A model generated the notes under the pieces. That model was not told the DNA's origin, searched no databases, and was given only the letters and a program-made list of their open reading frames with translations. A stretch of 64,000 bases of DNA. It comes from Perna viridis. Taxonomy: Eukaryota. A program made the position numbers and the translations under genes. Each line of letters begins with the position of its first letter. The first letter of the stretch is position 1. Shown here piece after piece: positions 51,625 through 63,869 of this stretch. The stretch covers positions 744,001-808,000 of the forward strand of contig CM074514.1 of the NCBI GenBank assembly GCA_037379345.1, read 5' to 3'.

Positions 51625-52100
51625 GGTAGGTTGGTAAAGTTTGCAGATAATTTGTATGCCGATAGGTGGGCTTTTCAGGTTTATGGTTGGGAAGGGTTGT
51701 CGAGGATTTGTATGCAAGTACATGATTGGGATTTGTATGCTAGTAGGTTGCCCTTTCTGGTTTATGGTCGGTAAGAGCTGCTAGGTATTTGTATACAGGT
51801 AGATGGGCCTTTCTTGTTATGGGTAAGGGTTGCCGAGGATTTGTACGTAGATAGATGGTCGGTGAGGGTTGCCAAGTATTTGAATGCAGGTACAATTCTT
51901 GTAAGGGTTGTTGAGTATTTGAATTAAGTTAGATAGGCCTTCCTGGTTTATGGTTGGTAAGGGTTTTCGAAGACTAGTATGCACGTAGATGGTCGGTAAG
52001 GGTTGCCGAAGATTTGTATGCAAGGAGATGCTCGGTAAGGGTTACCGAGGGTTTATATGCAAGGAGATGCTCGGTAAGGGTTGCCGAGGGTTTATATGCA
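51625..52100. repeat. Degenerate ~39-58-bp tandem repeat
   Basis: ggtaagggttgccgaggatttgtatgca. Confidence 0.75.
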
Positions 52101-52809
52101 TACCTGTACCTTTCTTACTAGAAGTAGCGTCGATGTGTTGCAAGAAAAAAATTATAAGAAAAGGGATTAGAAAGGCGCAAACATCAGCTTTGCTTACAGA
52201 GTAGGATATAAAACGTTTCCTTTTTATCATGAACAGTCTAAAAAAATAAATCGACATGAAAAAAATGCTAATTATACTGAATAGTAAAAAAATCTTTTTA
52301 TCATTTTAACAGTTAAATCGTTACCCGAGTCATTGAAAGGTAAAACTATTGTTGTTTCACAGTATAACACTGTTTTGCATGAAATAGCATTAACCAATAG
52401 AATCAAGGCATGAGATAGCATTAACCAATAGTATCAAGGGATGTAATAGCATTAACCAATAGAATCAAGAGATGTTATTTTATACCGATGTATTGTATTG
52501 TGTCAGGTGTTTGAGAGTATTTCTATTTTACAGTTTGCGTGGCTTATTTTTTACTTTAATATTAAAATACATGTTCGTTGTACCACAGAGGTCAACCTTG
52601 CTTACAGGCAAAATTGCGTCACAAAATTTAACTTAACTATGGTCATAGGTTTATAAGTTAACTATAGTCATGTGATTGTAATTTAATTATAGTCATATGT
52701 TTATAACAAGATGTTAATACTTAAAAATTCATTTCATACTCTAAATGAGGATTTAGGAAGCCAAAATGAGTAATGTTAAATTGTTAGAAATCATTTTATA
52801 TTTTGCTAG

Positions 52810-52902
52810 GTGTTTTGTCTTCTCCCTTTCAACAAACAACAAGTGAAAGACGAAGCAATGAGTCCACAACCTGAAGAAGACAGATCATCAACGAGGAACT
52901 GA
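52810..52902 (+). CDS. KCNMA1: Slo1 C-terminal exon B (VFCLLPFNKQQVKDEAMSPQPEEDRSSTRN*)
   Basis: ttttgctag acceptor, phase 0, paralogous to the 48588 exon; AATAAA at 53435. Confidence 0.75.
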   Translation: MFCLLPFNKQQVKDEAMSPQPEEDRSSTRN

Positions 52903-54029
52903 TTAGGACATACCTAAGTACAATCCACATTTGTATTTATGTTAGATTTCTTACGCGTTATTTCTCAGTTGATCACTTAAAAACAATCATAACCTGCTAC
53001 TAGTAAGTTAATATGTTGTATTTTTTTATTTTACAATGGTTGAGATTTTTCTTAAGAATTGAATAGGTAATTTTTTTAATTCTATGTTTGACTTTAAATG
53101 ATCTTTTAGCCATTGTATGTTAAGTTTATGGTGTTAATGAAGTCTATTGTTCTACCAGTATTATTGATGTGACAGGTTGTAGACATTGGGGTTGTGAATT
53201 ATTGTACCTTGTTTCACGGCAGAAAACAGTGATATCTTGTGTCTTACTTGATCTAGAGAATCAGTATATACTTTGTAATGTCATCACCATGGACAGAAAT
53301 GTAATGGCTAGTAAGAATTCTTGTCAATACAATGGAGCAGTTGAATCATCCAGGCTTAATGTACACAGAGATGTATTATAAGATGATTCAATGTAAGTCT
53401 ATATCGCTACCTTGACAATGTCTATCTAGTCTGTAATAAAGAATAGATATCCGTATTCCATGCCCTTTATATCCTAAAGCTGTGATATTCATGTATATGT
53501 TTTTATGTTATTTTTATACAAATCCATAATTTTGTGGTTGTTATTCATATTTGATATGTTTTGTATGTATATCTCCCTGTTTGATATGTAAGATACGTTG
53601 TGTAGTATCGGGGGTACCTGTTAGGTATATAAGGTCCCTGTCTGCGTCTGATGGAGTATACAAGGTAGATAGATGGTGGGTATCGTTACGTGATGTGTGA
53701 TACCTAAGATCCTCTAAGTATCTAAAGTTTAAAATATATCAGCTAAGTACACTAATGTACATAATGGCGGGTTTTGTATCAAGTGTTTACACTTAAAAAA
53801 CAATAATTATCACGTTAAGATATAGAACTACAATATATAAACTATATAAACTAAAAAAAATATTTCTGTATATTTTTGAAAATATGATACAATTAATGTT
53901 TATATTACGATAACTTCATGTTTTTGTAGACATGCTGGCTTATTTTTTTATCAGTCTCATGAATTTTTCTAAAAATTATTAATGAAATTTAAAAGCTATT
54001 TTTATGTATAACTATTTATAATGTAAAAG

Positions 54030-54590
54030 TAAGCCGAGTCAGTGTTTACAATACAAGGCTACTTGAAATTTGGTGGTAGAGTTTGGCATGTTCAACAAGA
54101 TTATGCACATAAACCGGAAACGATTTGTTTGCCGGTTGCTATGGCAACCGATTTTCCCTCCAAAATTTAAAAAATGATCCGATTTTAATGAAGTTGGTCT
54201 GTAGAGTAAAAATGATATGCTGCGTATGAATTTATTGGTTCAAGATGATTTAAAAGTCGTCGTTGTCATAAACCCCGATTTTCCTGCAAAAAAAATTCGA
54301 AATGCTCCGATTTTGATTAAACTTGGTTTTTAGGGTGAAAATTACATTTTGAGTCAACATTTTGAGATTTCAAGACGATTTGTCAGTTGCCGTTGCTATG
54401 ACAACTTATTTTCGCGCCTTAATTTTAAAATTCTCAGATTTTGATGAAATTGTTTTAAAGGTGCAAATGGCTTGCTGAGTCCAAATTTTAGGGTGATAAT
54501 AGTATGCCGAATCCAAATTCTGAGTTCTTTAGACTGTATGGAGTCACAGATTAGACCGGTTTTGGGAGCCCTTCATGGTCCTTTAGATCA
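54030..54590 (+). mobile_element. HINE-like element with ~3 degenerate internal repeats (gttgctatggcaac...ccgattttaatgaa)
   Basis: Repeat cores near 54133, 54261 and 54390. Confidence 0.45.
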
Positions 54591-55290
54591 CAATAATCTC
54601 TTGATATTTAATTATTATTGAATGTTACATTTGAAGTGCTACAAGTGTCAGTTAATTTTGTTGTATACTTTGGTCATTATAGTATGATTGGCAGGTGTAG
54701 TATACTTTTGTCATATTGATATGTTTAACTCATGTATTTCTCATTCCTTCATTGTAATAAGGTTAAACATGAAGACATTGTATTTCATTCATTTGTCTCG
54801 TTTTACTGATTGATCAACCATTACTGTTTGTAATTGCTTATCTTATAGCACGACTGATTTGTATAGTTTGTTTAGAACAATTCTATTGGAGCATTTGTTG
54901 TTTTTGTTTCTTTAAGCAGTCATTACTTTTTTTACTAATTGATTAAATACTTAATACCTTTTGTCTGTTTCTGAATCAGTAAAACATATGAATTTAAGGA
55001 AAATATTATAAATGATCAGAGGCAACTGGTCAAGGTAAAAGAAGTTGATGGAGATGTCAATGACTGCCTGTTATCAGAAACTTTAAAATTTACTATACAC
55101 GACCTGTTGTAACCTTAATTTACATTCTACAAGAAAGTTTGGGAATTTCTGTTGGTCACATGACAAAATTGAAGGTCAATAATAACTAACTGACTTCAAG
55201 AATGGAGCAGGTCGTTTTGGTAAGCTTAATGTGATGGCAAGGCACACACAATTCTTATAATTCAAATTAGCGTAAGCTGTTTAATGTTCA

Positions 55291-55460
55291 TCATACATAA
55301 ATAAAGTCTTTGACAGTGAAATCGCTAGAACATAGTTGTGTATAGTTAATATAGTATTTCTCCACAAAGTCTGAGTTTCTAGAGAACCAAACTTGATAGT
55401 TGTTAATAACAATTTGTGCTTCTGTTTCTGCATCAGGGAATCTGTGATTATTTTTCCTTG
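55291..55460 (-). CDS. GGH: GGH last coding exon (ARKNNHRFPDAETEAQIVINNY...KDFIYV*)
   Basis: tttttcag acceptor on - strand; ARKNNHxF motif; TGA at 55293-55291. Confidence 0.9.
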
Positions 55461-55974
55461 CTGAAAAAGAATCAAAGAAAAACTAGATTTATATATTATA
55501 TTATAATAGTTAAATAGATGACATTCGAAATTAAACCTTGCAAAGAAATCAATTAGAACATGAACTACACACGAACCTACTGTTCTTTTTTTTTTATTTT
55601 ATTTATTTTATTTTATTTTTTTTTTTTTTGGTTCCTTTTTCTCAAGGAGTTGAATCAAATACTTTCGAACAGAAACTACCACTTCAATTATTTTTACTAA
55701 ACCTTTAATTTGAAAAATGAAATTCATTATGACAGACTGTCGTGAATTGAATAATGCACCTTAGATTGCATTGAATTTTATTTATAAAATAAAAAGTAAT
55801 TACAAACATAAAAATAGGAGATGTGGTAAGATTGCCAATGAGACAGTCATCCACCAAAAGCCAAGCAACAAACAATTAAACTTCTACGAGTACAGTCTGC
55901 AATCTTCAAAACATTTCGTCTACTTTTGTTTATACGAATTGGTCATTTACATGAACTCCTGAAGTATTTAGTAC

Positions 55975-56115
55975 CTTCACTGACGAAAAAGTTGGCAAAA
56001 TGTTGGGAAACTCGCACTCCCTCATATGTGTGAGCTAGTCCCTTGTAGGCACTATTCCATATAAAATTATTCTTTTCAGGATGCCACTGGATGGCATACA
56101 CAGGGTATTTATATG
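55975..56115 (-). CDS. GGH: GGH exon with catalytic His (AYKYPVYAIQWHPEKNNFIW...ANFFVSE)
   Basis: tttcag / gtacta on - strand, 141 nt; QWHPEK motif. Confidence 0.93.
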
Positions 56116-56218
56116 CTGAAATAGACCAGAAATCCACGAACATTGAATAGGTGTACCGGGGCGTATGACATTTGCGCCGATTTTATAAATTTTCTTCTTT
56201 TTTCACTTATACCGATTG

Positions 56219-56282
56219 TCGTCTAAATATAGCTGAAATTTTGCTGCTCGGACGTTAAACACCAACAAACAAACAAACAAAA
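56219..56282 (+). mobile_element. 5'-truncated SINE/LINE tail with (CAAA)n and 15-bp TSD
   Basis: cacttataccgattg duplicated at 56204-56218 and 56283-56297. Confidence 0.8.
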
Positions 56283-56741
56283 CACTTATACCGATTGCAT
56301 TTTTAACGCTCGTCGATTTTTATTTTTCACCAGCGCTGATTACCTGGTAAAACAGGTAACTACATGTAAATATAATAAATACGTGTATTATCAAAGGAGT
56401 TCAATCTTTGGTTATCAATGGCCATGCTTACAGATTGATTAACTAACTGAATATGGAAATGTAGCTTATAGGAACACAAACAAGACATTTTAAGCTAGAG
56501 ACACAACAGATGTTGATGGACATTGTACTGTCCATGCACAGAATAGGCATAACCATGTAGCAGGTTACAGAATGACAGAGACAGGGAATATTCTGGTGGA
56601 CCGTACAGGCAAGTGAGCTCTGGGTATATACGATTTGGGAAACAGTCGATATTTTAGTGCTTTATAGATAATGTGTTATGTTCAGAATATTTGTGGATGT
56701 AAATAAAGCGTTTTTAACTGTTGAAATAGACTTGTTCTGTT

Positions 56742-56921
56742 CGTAGTGAGCAAGGGACAACATTTATGTACATGATTACGAAATTCCTATAGTGAGCAGG
56801 TGACAACAGTTATGTACATGATTACGAAATTCTCGTAGTGAGTAAGGGACAACAGTTATGTACATAATTACGAAATTCCCCTAGTAAGCAGGGGACAACA
56901 GTTATGTTCATGATTACGAAA
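56742..56921. repeat. ~46-bp tandem repeat x4
   Basis: agtgagcaagggacaacagttatgtacatgattacgaaatt. Confidence 0.85.
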
Positions 56922-57351
56922 TATAAATATGAAGTATATTATATATATATATACTATGATTCATTATGGAAGAAAAATAAGAATATATATATATGACAAA
57001 CGGGGGCGGTTTGAATTGATATTGATTAATAAAAATAAAGAAATAAAGAAATGAAATATCTTTAAATTTACTGAATATAACGGTAATTTATCTGTAATAA
57101 AAAAGAAGTATTGGGGCAAGTGAAAGAAAAAAAATATCAGTGCAAATGCAAAACGCAGGCTATGTGTACCGACCAGGCAATTGTCAGTTAACTTGAAGGA
57201 GTTAATTGTGTCATATTTGCTGATATGGAGAGAGGTTGTTGTCCACAAAATAAGCAATAATGTTGAACAGTTGAAAACTATTAATGATTAATATCTTTAA
57301 TTACACGATATTACAATCAATTATCGAAATAAAAAAAGTAATTATAATTAC

Positions 57352-57445
57352 CTTCTACAGTTGATATAAACTTTTTACCATTTGTTGCTATGTTTGTAGA
57401 CAACACCCTGAAAAACGTCTTCAACCTTGGACTTTCCATGTAAGT
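57352..57445 (-). CDS. GGH: GGH exon (TYMESPRLKTFFRVLSTNIATNGKKFISTVE)
   Basis: tttcag / gtaatt on - strand, 94 nt, phase 0-1. Confidence 0.9.
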
Positions 57446-57899
57446 CTGAAATATGTACATATGGATGAACGAAATAATGGAACTTTATGGAGCTGTCATA
57501 GTCGTCTGCGATAGATACGGTAGATAAAATACCGATAATGTAGTGCTCTAAATAAGAGTAACAAGAAAATTACCGAACACTAATCCGAATCATAGTCAGG
57601 TCAAGTCAAAAATAAATCTGACAAAATAGATCTTAAAACACTTAAGTAGTTGGTACCGCAATGGTCCTAAATTGTTACAGGCATTTCTAACGAAATGGTG
57701 GGTTAAATCTAAGATTAACAGCACGCCAAATCTCCCTCTTCCATTGCGTCTGAATAAACACCGGTGGTGATTAAATAGCATTTGCCTGCTATAGTGTCTT
57801 AATCGGTAAATCAGTTGTCAGTACAAAGAATAATTTACCAAAGTCAATTATTAATCATTGTTTCAGAAAAAAACTGAACATTTTTCAAAATGAACCGAT

Positions 57900-58200
57900 A
57901 TCTGAAAAATAATTTGGTAAGAGACCTTTTGAGACGTATTTCCTCGTATCCCTGATTTAGGAGTCTGTTACGTAGATTTTACTAGACTTCAAAGAAATTC
58001 AGAGTAGTTAGTTCTTGCTCTAGAGTAGCGAATCAATGATAAAATATAAACACCATATGCAAAAGATGAAGGTGTGTTATAGCACAGTTTAGGAAAATTT
58101 TTAATATTAAAACTAAGGTCGTTTCTTCTATCATAAACCTTGCTACTGAGATGATTACTGTTGTCGAATTCGAGATTCATGTAGATATGTATTTCTCATA
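57900..58200 (-). mobile_element. Diverged Penelope-like RT thumb fragment (related subfamily)
   Basis: ORF 57989..58180 KVYDRRNDLSFNIKNFP..AYGVYI..LIRYSRA. Confidence 0.7.
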
Positions 58201-59128
58201 GATACCCTCTTCAAAGAAATTAAGAAACTGACCAATATTATTTTTGGGGAATTCAAAACAATTCTGAAAATTTATTTTTATGATTTAATTTTTTTCATTT
58301 TTAGTCAGTCGTAAAAAACAAAACCATTGAATAATTTCTGAATTTATAGGAGGAAAAATTATATTATCAATCATGATCCAGATTTTTTTCTGTGTGATAA
58401 CAAAATTATATTATTTGTACCCCATATTACTCTAATTCACATTCGGAGTTAAATGAAAGCCAAAATGGTTAAATCAATCTTGCTTCAATCTAAAAGGACG
58501 AAACAAATGTCTCAAAATAGGCCAACACAAAAAAATGATTCATAATAAATCTTGTTTTGTCTGATAGGATATATTTCTCCAGTTCTACAGATAAGCATGC
58601 TTTATTCATTCCGCTAAATTGTTTATCTTTTTAAACTCTTTTGAGACAGAGATCAACCATAACTCACACCAATCAAAAATGCAAGTTTCAACACTCCCTC
58701 TAGACAGTGTTTTTTTTATTTCTTAGTAATTCCAGTTTTAGTGTTTATTTAATTATCTTTAAAAAAGAGCATAATACTAAGGACACAAAACACAATAGCA
58801 TTTCCCTTTTAATATCTTAATCTGCGTCTAAAAACAGCTAAAAACTTAACTCTATGACAAACGTTTTTCCAAACATGTATTGTCGTTTCGTAAGATCATG
58901 ACCTGATTGACCGAAGGATGAACAGTTCACCCTTCCGGAACACATGAATTGTGCCCGGCTGGTGTTACTCGTTTCTGTCGTTGTAAGGAGTATTGATATG
59001 ATGAACTATGTCAAAGAGACAACAACCTCACCATGATGAACTTTTGTAATTTATCTTTGATTGAGTCCTCCGGCTTTTTCCATCGGTTGAGCCTTGTTAT
59101 TTTGGTTAACTTCTTAAATCAATCATAC

Positions 59129-59235
59129 CTGCATCAAGACACTTTGTTTATGAAAATTAGGAGTTACATCTTTCTTTCTGATATAGGTTTCAACATCTTT
59201 TGGAAGATTACCAAATAAGCGACTCTCTTTATAAT
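59129..59235 (-). CDS. GGH: GGH exon (DYKESRLFGNLPKDVETYIRKKDVTPNFHKQSVLMQ)
   Basis: tttcag / gtatga on - strand, 107 nt, phase 1-0; SRLF and NFH motifs. Confidence 0.9.
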
Positions 59236-59319
59236 CTGAAAATTATATTTCATAAAACTGCCAAGTAAATACTTCTGCGTTAAAATTAATATATATACCA
59301 CTTTATTCGTTTGTACCGA

Positions 59320-60886
59320 GTTATATACGGGATGAATTTTAATCTCATCTACCTAGAACAGTCAGGGAAGAGGCAATAATGGTCAGCTTTGACGCTACCA
59401 GCCTATACACAAATATACCCCATAACCTAGGTATTAATGCCGTAAAATATTGGATAGAAAAGCATCCCGAAGCAATTGATAATCGTTTTACCGCTGACTT
59501 AATATTGGAATCAGTTAGTTTTATTTTGGAGAATAACTCCTTTTATTTCGATGAAAAACATTATTTACAAATTCATGGTACAGCTATGGAAACAAAATTC
59601 GCGCCCACTTACGCAACACTAGTAATGGGGTTCTTTGAACAAAAATTGTACCAACAAGTGGAAAACGAATTCTGACTGGAATTTGCTAATGAAATAGAAA
59701 CGTCATGGAAGCGGTTTTTGGATGACTGCTTTATAATCTGGAATAAATTTACTGAAAACATAGATAAATTCACGGACATCCTGAATAATAACAAATTCAC
59801 AAAAGAATTGAGTGCAGACAAATTGCCGTTCCTAGACGTTTTAGTACTGAAAAACAACGGAGATATTTCAACCGACATTTTTTACAAGAGTACAGACACG
59901 CATCAATATTTAAGTTTCAAATCGTGTCATCCATCCCACACGAGGAGAAACATCCCATACTGTCTCACGCGTAAAATATGTACTGTGATAAGCGAGGAAA
60001 ACACTAGAAATGAACGCTTAAAGGAATTAACTTCTAACAGTCAACGCTAGAAATAAACCAGACAACTCCGTAATACCCTTTGCAATAACCCACAACTCAT
60101 GTAATGCGAATAATTTTGAAATAGCAAGAGCAAACTTACAAATTATAGCACAAAGCGAATCGCTAAAAGTTCATATCAACAAAGAAAAAAATAATACAAA
60201 GCAAACGTCAACCGGAAAACCTTAAACGAATACTTACAAGTGCCCGTTTCGACCCTGCCGATAAACGCTTCACTGTATCGAAATGCAAAGACAAACGTTG
60301 CAACACTTGCGACTACATACATGAAGGACACTTGATCACTACAAGGGATGGAACCACTATTTACGCAAACGAGGACATGAACTGTAAAACTGCAAATTTA
60401 ATTTATTGCATACAATGTAGCAAATGTGAAGAAATGTATATTTGTCAAACAGGCGACAGGGTCATTGATCGAACGAGAGTCCATCGACAACAGGTCCGAG
60501 TTCCAAATTACAGATTTTGTTCCGTCAGTGAGCATTTAGATAAATGCAGCGATGGACGATTTAAAATTTTCCCATTTTACAAACTGAGAGACAATGATAA
60601 AGATTTACGTGAAGCCAAAGAAATGATGTTTATTCGTAAATTTAAATCGAAATTGAATGAACGTTAACATTTTTCTTGTCATCTTATTTCTTTCTTTTAT
60701 TTTAACATTTTTGACGTTAATATTTAACTCCCCTTATACTATTATAACGTCACTATATGTATAACGTTACCATTAACTACGTTGTCGTTATGTAATGTCA
60801 CCTGAAGATTGGCAGCAGCCATGAAAGCGCTAGTGATGTGAATACATAAATACATCGTGTAAATCTGATCGTGTTGGATTTTTATG

Positions 60887-60888
<2 letters not shown>
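59320..60888 (+). mobile_element. 5'-truncated Penelope-like element with RT plus C-terminal GIY-YIG endonuclease (Neptune-like), disrupted
   Basis: VSFDATSLYTNIP, GTAM..KFAPTYA, RFLDDCF, LPFLDV, Cys linker CKDKRCNTC, NLIYCIQCSKCEEMYICQT; stops and frameshifts; ends at (TA)n. Confidence 0.9.
60795..60839 (+). ncRNA. Minimal type I hammerhead ribozyme in the PLE 3' repeat
   Basis: Stem I atgtcac/gtgatgt, core CTGAAGA, stem II tggc-agca-gcca, GAAA, palindromic gcgc stem III, then TA. Confidence 0.75.
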
Positions 60889-60922
<34 letters not shown>

Positions 60923-60925
<3 letters not shown>

Positions 60926-61024
60926 AGGTCTGAAAAATTCCCAACGACGTTAGAACTGTCAAATTTGCGATGCAAATTTTTGGTCGTTCCCTCCGCGGGA
61001 CTCGAACTCGTACCGCTGTGACAT
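60923..61024 (-). mobile_element. tRNA-derived SINE fragment with (TA)n tail
   Basis: Minus-strand B-box-like GAGTTCGAGTCC; CpG-rich; abuts (TA)n at 60889-60922. Confidence 0.55.
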
Positions 61025-61734
61025 AAAAAGTAAAGCAACTCGGTCTCCACTAAAAACTGGGGGCTTGAACCAGGTGCACCGGTAGGGTAAGCGTCCTCTG
61101 CTATATTTTTGGCATTTGGTTGTAAAACTAACATGTTTTGTTTGTTCATGGCAATATGATAAATTTAGAAAAACCATAGTTTGACCGATATCAAAAAGAA
61201 ATAAAAAAAAAGGTCACTGCTAATGCTAGGAGTATGAAGCATGAATATTCAAGCCGGGTATAAAAAGGAGAACTACAGGTCATCTAAGCAATATCTTAAA
61301 ACTAGACGCGTAAGCTATACATGCAGATACAACTTCACATATAAATCACAACATTTGGTTTATTACGTTAAACAAATTTGCTGCTAATAAGCTGAAAAAT
61401 ACTAATAAGCTGTGAAAAATACATTGCATATTGCTACAAAATACAGCATATGCTCCATTTTTGTAGCTTTTAAAAAATTTTTTTTACACCATCTGCAAAT
61501 AAAAATATGTTTGAACTTCTAGGTACACCATAAAAATTTCAATATTAGTGATGATTAAAGAGTTGTATTGTATTTTGTGATATAATCAATTTAAGGGTTC
61601 TTTATGGTTCACGAACCACGAATTAAAATATTTAAAAAAAAATACATGTACAACTGTAATAAAGACTTGATCGATACGTTATTCATTTTGGATTACTAGA
61701 ATCAAGGACTGTAGACCTATTATCACCTAGTTCT

Positions 61735-61745
61735 TTGTTTTTTGT

Positions 61746-61781
<36 letters not shown>

Positions 61782-61860
61782 TGTTTTTCCATGTCTGGTC
61801 TTAGCCCCTGCCTTACATTCTTTTGATTTCCACTAGAATCTTGGTTCCCTTGATTACTCT
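61735..61860 (+). mobile_element. Short 3'-end copy of the Penelope-like family with internal (TG)n expansion
   Basis: ttccatgtctggtct...ttcccttgattactct. Confidence 0.7.
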
Positions 61861-61974
61861 AGTACAGTGCTTAATCAAACTATGTAGCAAAAGACCAATT
61901 TACCCGAAAGCGTATTACAAGACAAACTAAATTATAACATATTGGTTTGTCATTGTTAACAGTGAATGGTTTAC

Positions 61975-62113
61975 CTTCTGTAAAGTTTAACGGAAGTGAT
62001 TTATCCATTACACCCGTTGCTGTAGTTACATCAGTACCGTCAACTAAACTTAGTAACTGTTGAAGACCTCTACAAGTTCCCCAAATAGGATAATAATCTC
62101 CATCGTCGAATGC
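61975..62113 (-). CDS. GGH: Gamma-glutamyl hydrolase exon with catalytic Cys (AFDDGDYYPIWGTCRGLQQL...LPLNFTE)
   Basis: AG/GT borders on - strand, 139 nt; class I glutamine amidotransferase (peptidase C26) nucleophile elbow. Confidence 0.92.
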
Positions 62114-62289
62114 CTGCATATTATAAATATAAAAAAGAATGTTCCATTTATTATGGACAATTTATATTCTATCCGCAAAACCCAGGAAAATTCAACGAAT
62201 TAAAGACTTTTCTTTATTAACATAACTATGAAATGATATGTCCTCTTTTTAATGTGTTCAAGCTGAAGCCAAGTTGTTTTTTTTTAAAT

Positions 62290-62435
62290 TCTAGCGGAAA
62301 GCAAAAAAATGTAACTTGAAGACAAAGACCAGACATGGAAGACCAACACTCACAACAAAGAACATTTTATGGCCAAAATAATACATATAAAGTAAAAAAA
62401 GGTCAATGAACACCTCGGACTCCACTAAAAGCCGG
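62290..62435 (-). mobile_element. Degenerate 3'-end copy of the Penelope-like family
   Basis: aaagaccagacatggaa...cggactccactaaaa. Confidence 0.65.
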
Positions 62436-62649
62436 GAGATATCCACTGCTGACACTTCATTATTTTTGGCCAATTTTTATTTGTTTTACTTAATTTCTTA
62501 AAGACTTTTTTTCAAATTTTAAAATAAACATTTTATAAATTACAACAGAATCTTTTTTCCTTTTCTCAATTAATGAGCAGGTAACTTTTAAAAAAATAAA
62601 GAGGAGGATACTGATATGTTATAAAGTTATTTGTCATTCAAATATATAT

Positions 62650-62797
62650 ACAATATAGGTACATTGTCGAAAATTATTGAAGATATGTGATGAGGCGACG
62701 GAACGGTTAGGAAATGCGAGGCTCCGCCGAGCTATTTCCTCCGTTCCAAGCCGAATACTTAGTAACTAAATAATTTTCGACAATGTACCTATATTGT
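62650..62797. mobile_element. Foldback element with perfect 29-bp TIR and nested hairpin
   Basis: acaatataggtacattgtcgaaaattatt ... aataattttcgacaatgtacctatattgt. Confidence 0.75.
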
Positions 62798-63869
62798 TTC
62801 TATCCTGTTATATTAATAGTTTTGTGCGTGTGTACATTTTTAAAATAAAATTTTAAAATGCATATCCACTGAGGAGCCCCGATTGTTAAACCCAAAGAAA
62901 AAAATTAATACGCATGGCGCATGACTCAGTAAACATTGAAATTCAATCCACACAATATAATCCGCCAAAGCTGTTTGAAGAAAATAAGCAATGTATCAAA
63001 ATTTATTTAATTCCAAGAGACAAATAAGTAAAATGAACAATAAATACAAATATTTTGAATGTTGTAAAGTCGATTTTAAGAACATTAAAGTTTTGAATTT
63101 CGCGAGGAAGGTGGAAGCTGACTTGTTTCTGTTTGGTATATGGCAGTAGAGTTCAGGGGTGAAATTTGTGCACTAGTTTCTTTGCGATATGAAATATTTG
63201 TTTGAGATTTTTGAAGAAGAGGAGGCAGTTGTATGGGCAGATCCATAATGTAGTGTTCCTCTGATTCATTATCTTGGGGTTTAGGCAGTAATAAATGCAA
63301 GACCATAACAATTTCCAGGTCATTTGTCTCTTTGAGAGTTTTATCATATTGTAATGCTTCAATTTCTTTAAGTGGGGACCAGTTTATGTTAAATTGTGAC
63401 GGACACTCTGGCTCCGAGTCCGACATGACTGAAATGACAGGGGAAGTCGTCTGCAAACTGACAATGAATCAAATCTGAACGAGATTTGGGATTTGCCATA
63501 TATATGACCGTGAAAAAAATACAAACAAAATCATTATTTGGTTTACATAAAATCTGTTATTTCATTCAGGTGAAAACGAAACACAACAGCAAAAAAAAAA
63601 GATTAACCGGATACGCAATCGCAATTTGTTTATATCGTATCTATGGTGGCGGCCATGATTAATTTACGCATACCAGAAAAAAAGTAGTTCCGCCGATCAC
63701 GTCAGTGGGAGGAGCCAGCAAGTCGATAACCTGCTAATGTACGGATACAGCAAGAAAAATAACCGTATACCTTTATTCGTTTAACAAATAACCTCATTGC
63801 AGGATAAAAATGCATTAACATATATCATCTGTTGCAGTTTAATGTATATATTATATTCGAATTGCTCAT

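Larger units (their letters stand above)
3736..52902 (+). other. KCNMA1: Slo1/BK channel gene span (5' part, S0-S2, lies upstream of the window)
   Basis: Chain of GT-AG exons with consistent phases encoding S3-S4 (RFLRALRL), the TVGYGD pore, RCK1, the CxxCH motif, RCK2 and the Ca2+ bowl. Confidence 0.97.

Noticed and set aside
60985-61024. tRNA gene
   Set aside because: Only a B-box-like arm is present, with no full cloverleaf; treated as a SINE fragment
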